A DNA stretch of 63,873 nt, the filler included, from Piptocephalis cylindrospora (taxonomy: Eukaryota): NCBI GenBank assembly GCA_003614145.1. It is 3 parts of 3 records of this genome, joined end to end, with 100 filler letters (N's around TTAATTAATTAA, not from the genome) between each part and the next. Parts side by side here need not be neighbours in the genome. Positions count along the whole stretch, not along the records: positions 44,226 to 63,873 come from KZ987818.1; 2 more parts are not named here. One strand, given 5' to 3'. The translations under genes were made by a program, and so were the position numbers. How positions within the stretch are numbered: position 1 is the stretch's first letter; every line of letters begins with the position of its first letter. Of this stretch, positions 60,397 through 63,873 are shown piece after piece. Under the pieces are notes generated by a model. That model saw only the letters and a program-made list of their open reading frames with translations, had not been told where the DNA came from and did no database searches.

Positions 60397-61623
60397 GGTG
60401 GGGGATGGAGATGAGAGATGAGGGGCGCTTCAAGGTGGTAAGATGACGGAGAGAAAGGGGGTGGTCCCCAAGGGAGGAGTTTTTGACGCGAATCTGACTT
60501 TGTTGACATTTGCACATACTCCTTCCTCATGCCTCATGCTCTCTCAGCCGGAAAGGACAGCTACTTGGATGGATCATTTTAACTCCCTAGGCCCCTGACC
60601 CTAGACTATAATTAGCGCATTCCTTGACCCTGATCCTTCGTCCCATCCCGTTTCATCTTTAGCATTCATCATTCTATTTTAAGGCATTCCATTTTACCGT
60701 CTATATTACTCCTAGGGTGCCCCGTCCTCCATCTCCATAGAGGAAAGATAAATGAACAGAGCAGTCTGATCACCCATTCTGCCCTGCTCTCTCGGTGTTC
60801 TGGCCTGGTCCATTCATCCAGAGCCACTTGCATCATCATCAAGGGTCCATTCCATCATCTGTCGCCTCATCTCTCCGTAATTAAAAAGGATGGAAGATTA
60901 AACCGGCCTTTTATCCTTCCATCCATTCATCCTCCCCTCCTCTCTCACACAGCTCCGCACTTTATCCACTTGGGCAGCCAACCCTGATAAACAATAGACA
61001 GATGCAGAAATCTTACGGAGATGACGAGGAGAGGAGTTTCCCTCCTCCACTCGATCCTGTCCACCATTCTCCCTTCCCAGAGTTTTAGGGCTGTACCACT
61101 TTAGCCACCGCCAGGTTCAGTCACTTTTCCTTTCCCTTCTTTCCCTCTCTCTTCACACACACACACACACGTCCACTGCTAGACAAAATCCGCCTTCTCA
61201 ATGATCCCCCAGCAAATCAGGGCCTACCGGTGATTTGTCAGTCCTCCTCCGCACATCCGCCCCTCCCTTGTCCCTCTGTATCTCACCCGTCCCATAGAAC
61301 CGGCTTGGTTTTAAGGTTCGCACACCCACACACAAGGACACACATGTAAGGTGATGAGCGAGGAGGGGGGAGATGTGCACACGAGGCGAGTGGGGATATC
61401 AGCAGTATTTAGAGAATTCGGTTAATGGGATGATGCCAAGATGTAGGGGGAATTGGGTATTGAGATCCTCGTTCGTTCGTTAGGCCCCTCATTCGTCTCT
61501 TCCTCGTCCTTGAGGGTGTACAGCGCACAGGAATATCGGTGGATTTCCTCAAGTGATGTACCTTGATCCTTCTCATCTCGCAAGGGAGCTTGGCTGTGTA
61601 TAGGACGAGTAGAGACACACATG

Positions 61624-61625
61624 CA

Positions 61626-61657
<32 letters not shown>
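61624..61657. repeat. Compound (CA)n(GA)n microsatellite
   Basis: Direct repeats upstream of the LIM-domain gene. Confidence 0.8.
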
Positions 61658-61658
<1 letters not shown>

Positions 61659-62317
61659 GGAGAGAAAGAGCATAGAGCATAGAACATAGAACAGAGAAAG
61701 ACCTGCTTGTAATAATAGTGGTGCGAGGGATATACACACTGTACACCTGCAAAAGGGCGGAGTAAGGTAGTCTGCTGCTGTCGCTCGTTCCCTCTCACTT
61801 GCTCTTCCCTCTCTCCCTCCCCAGAGCCACACCTACCTGCATGACTTGCTCTCCGCCCAAGCAAGTCCTGGCCCATCGTCCCTGGTCCATCGTGTAAAGG
61901 CGCACAGTGGACGACAGAGCGGCCACACACGCACACCGTCCATACACACGCACACCGTCCACACTCAAGCCCCACTTATCCCATCGCCCGCCATCTTCCT
62001 GTCCTTAAACAACTAGGAAGAAAGGCTCTCCCCCGCCTCTCCCACCCCGATTCTCTCTCATCTCTCCCCACTCTCTCTCTCCTCTCTAGTGACCATTTCC
62101 AGACCGCACCCACACCCCAACAGACAGCTGGTCACTTCCTTTTCCCTTCCTTCTCTCTTCCTTCTCTCCTTTCTTTTCTTCTCCCCAAACCCTTTTTCCC
62201 ATCTTTTATTCCTATTTCCTTCCTTCTCCTCCTCCTCCTCCCTCTCTCTCTCTTTCCCTCCCTCCCTCCCTCCCTCCCTCACTCACTCCCATCTCCCCGG
62301 ACCGCTCATTCTAGGCC

Positions 62318-63601
62318 ATGGGCACGGAACCAAGGCATCCCGCTGGGACGCCATTGACAGGTACGTTGGATCATCCTTTTCATCATCCCCATTCACTTTT
62401 CCCACTCTACACCCATGACTCACTCCACTTCACTCCGTATCCCTAGATCCTCAAGCAAAGACTGCTCCTTCCTCCTCCTCCTCCTCCTCCACTTCCAATC
62501 CTCCACCTCTCTCCTCCTCCGCTTCCTCCCCCTCCATCCCCACCATCTCACAGTATCAAACTCCTCCTCCTCCTCCCCCAGCCCCTGCCCTTGTCTCCGC
62601 CCTCTCCTCCTCCGCCCCAGGCGACACCTCCGTAGCCACCTCCCCCGCCTCACCTCAGGCTCCGTCTGGGGAGTGGCTGGCATGTGCTGAGTGTGGCCAA
62701 GTCATCGAAGGAAGGATGGTCCGTGCCCTTGGGGCCGCCTACCACCTTCAATGCTTTCGGTGTGCAGAGTGTGGGGTGGCTGTTGCCCAGAGATTCTTCC
62801 CCATCGAGTCCTCCAAGGGTGGTCGACGATACCCTCTGTGTGAGACCGATTACTTTCGTCGTCTCGACCTTATCTGTGCTACATGCAATGGCGCTCTCCG
62901 TAGCTCCTACATCACTGCCTTGGATAAAAAGTACCACATGAACCATTTCACCTGCTCTGCCTGCGCCACCGTCTTTGGTCCCCAGGACTCCTACTATGAG
63001 CACGATGGTCATGTCTACTGTCACTATCACTTTTCCATCCGTTTTGCCGGAAAGTGCATTGGATGTCGTTATCCCATCCTTAAGCAATTTGTCGAAATTA
63101 ATAAGCAACCCGGTCCAAACGCCCCTCCTTCCTCCTCCTCCTCCACTTCAGCTCCTACCAACATCTCCCCTCCCTCCTCCACTACCACTACCACCGTCAC
63201 CCACTCTCCCCTCTCAGCCGCCTCCATGACCCCCATGGGAGCGGACGAGCATTGGCATCCCGAGTGCTACATGATCAACAAATTCTGGAATGTTCGTCTC
63301 GCCTCCTCCGCTAGGAACAAGGCCCTGGATAAGGAACCCCAGGTCATCTCGCCTCAGGCTATCAAACGTCTCAAGTTCGAGCAGGAACAGATGGAGGAAC
63401 GCGTCTACCAAATCTGGACCGTCCTTTCCGCCTTTGAAGAGTCCTCCGCAGCCTGCATCTCCCAGATGCTCCTGGACGTCTCAGGCGGCGCTTACCTTGA
63501 AGGTGTTCGCATGTCCGCTAGCTTTATCCAACACGTCGAAGTCCTCTTTGCCGCTGTCGACCGATTAGAGCGGCAACTAGGGCGTTTTGGTGACAGTACC
63601 G
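62318..63601 (+). CDS. LRG1: LIM-domain Rho-GAP of the Lrg1 type, 5' part (GAP domain lies beyond the window)
   Basis: Exon 1 62318-62360, intron 62361-62446, exon 2 to donor 63602. Three LIM domains (CAECGQVIEGRMVRALGAAYHLQCFRC; LCETDYFRRLDLICATCNGALRSSYITAL; CRYPILKQFVEI...HWHPECYMINKFWNV) and IWTVLSAFEESSAACIS. Confidence 0.9.
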
Positions 63602-63680
63602 GTAAGTCCCTTTTCTTCTCCTTAGCAAGTCGATTCAACCCCATCCGCAAGGCTACATCCGATTAATATCACTCACTCAC

Positions 63681-63711
<31 letters not shown>

Positions 63712-63873
63712 TTTCTTTCCTCTTCTTCCCCCCCCACAAAAAAAAACCAAAATTTTATAACAAAAAAACCACACCTTTCTCTCCCTCCTTCCCCTCTTGC
63801 TTCTTTCTTTCTTTCTCCCTCTTGCTCCCTTCCCTTTCCTCCCCTTCCATGTCTCCCCTGCCCCCTCACCCCA

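Noticed and set aside
60485..60492. ACGCGAA MCB/SCB-like cell-cycle element upstream of DUO1
   Set aside because: Plausible for a kinetochore gene, but a single short motif is insufficient evidence.
1..63873. tRNA, rRNA, snRNA, transposase or reverse transcriptase genes
   Set aside because: No diagnostic motifs seen by eye; tRNAscan-SE, Infernal and repeat searches would be needed to exclude them formally.

Overview
Intron-containing, gene-dense eukaryotic DNA with short GT-AG introns (about 55-160 nt) and a fungal gene set (TAO3, RAX1, DUO1, CBP6, LRG1, BFR1). A full-length NBAS-type Sec39 suggests an early-diverging, non-Dikarya fungus; a Zoopagomycota-like origin is only my inference. The window is not one contig: two artificial 100-nt linkers (N44-TTAATTAATTAA-N44 at 22017-22116 and 44126-44225) join three contigs. 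I reconstructed about 22 protein-coding genes by hand-splicing, two of them absent from the ORF track (NDUFA13/GRIM-19 and a TMEM141-like gene). I found no rRNA, tRNA, CRISPR array or recognisable transposon. Most notable: (1) two tandem small secreted precursors with a signal peptide, an X-Pro/X-Ala dipeptide pro-region, a hydrophobic-then-cationic segment and a Q/P/Y/T-rich tail, i.e. a candidate dipeptidyl-peptidase-activated peptide effector/toxin family; (2) a Dma1-derived degenerate FHA + RING-H2 protein fused to an RRM; (3) U2AF65 with an N-terminal SAP domain; (4) a divergently transcribed pair of secreted proteins (orphan + S41 peptidase). Family assignments come from recalled motifs, not database searches.
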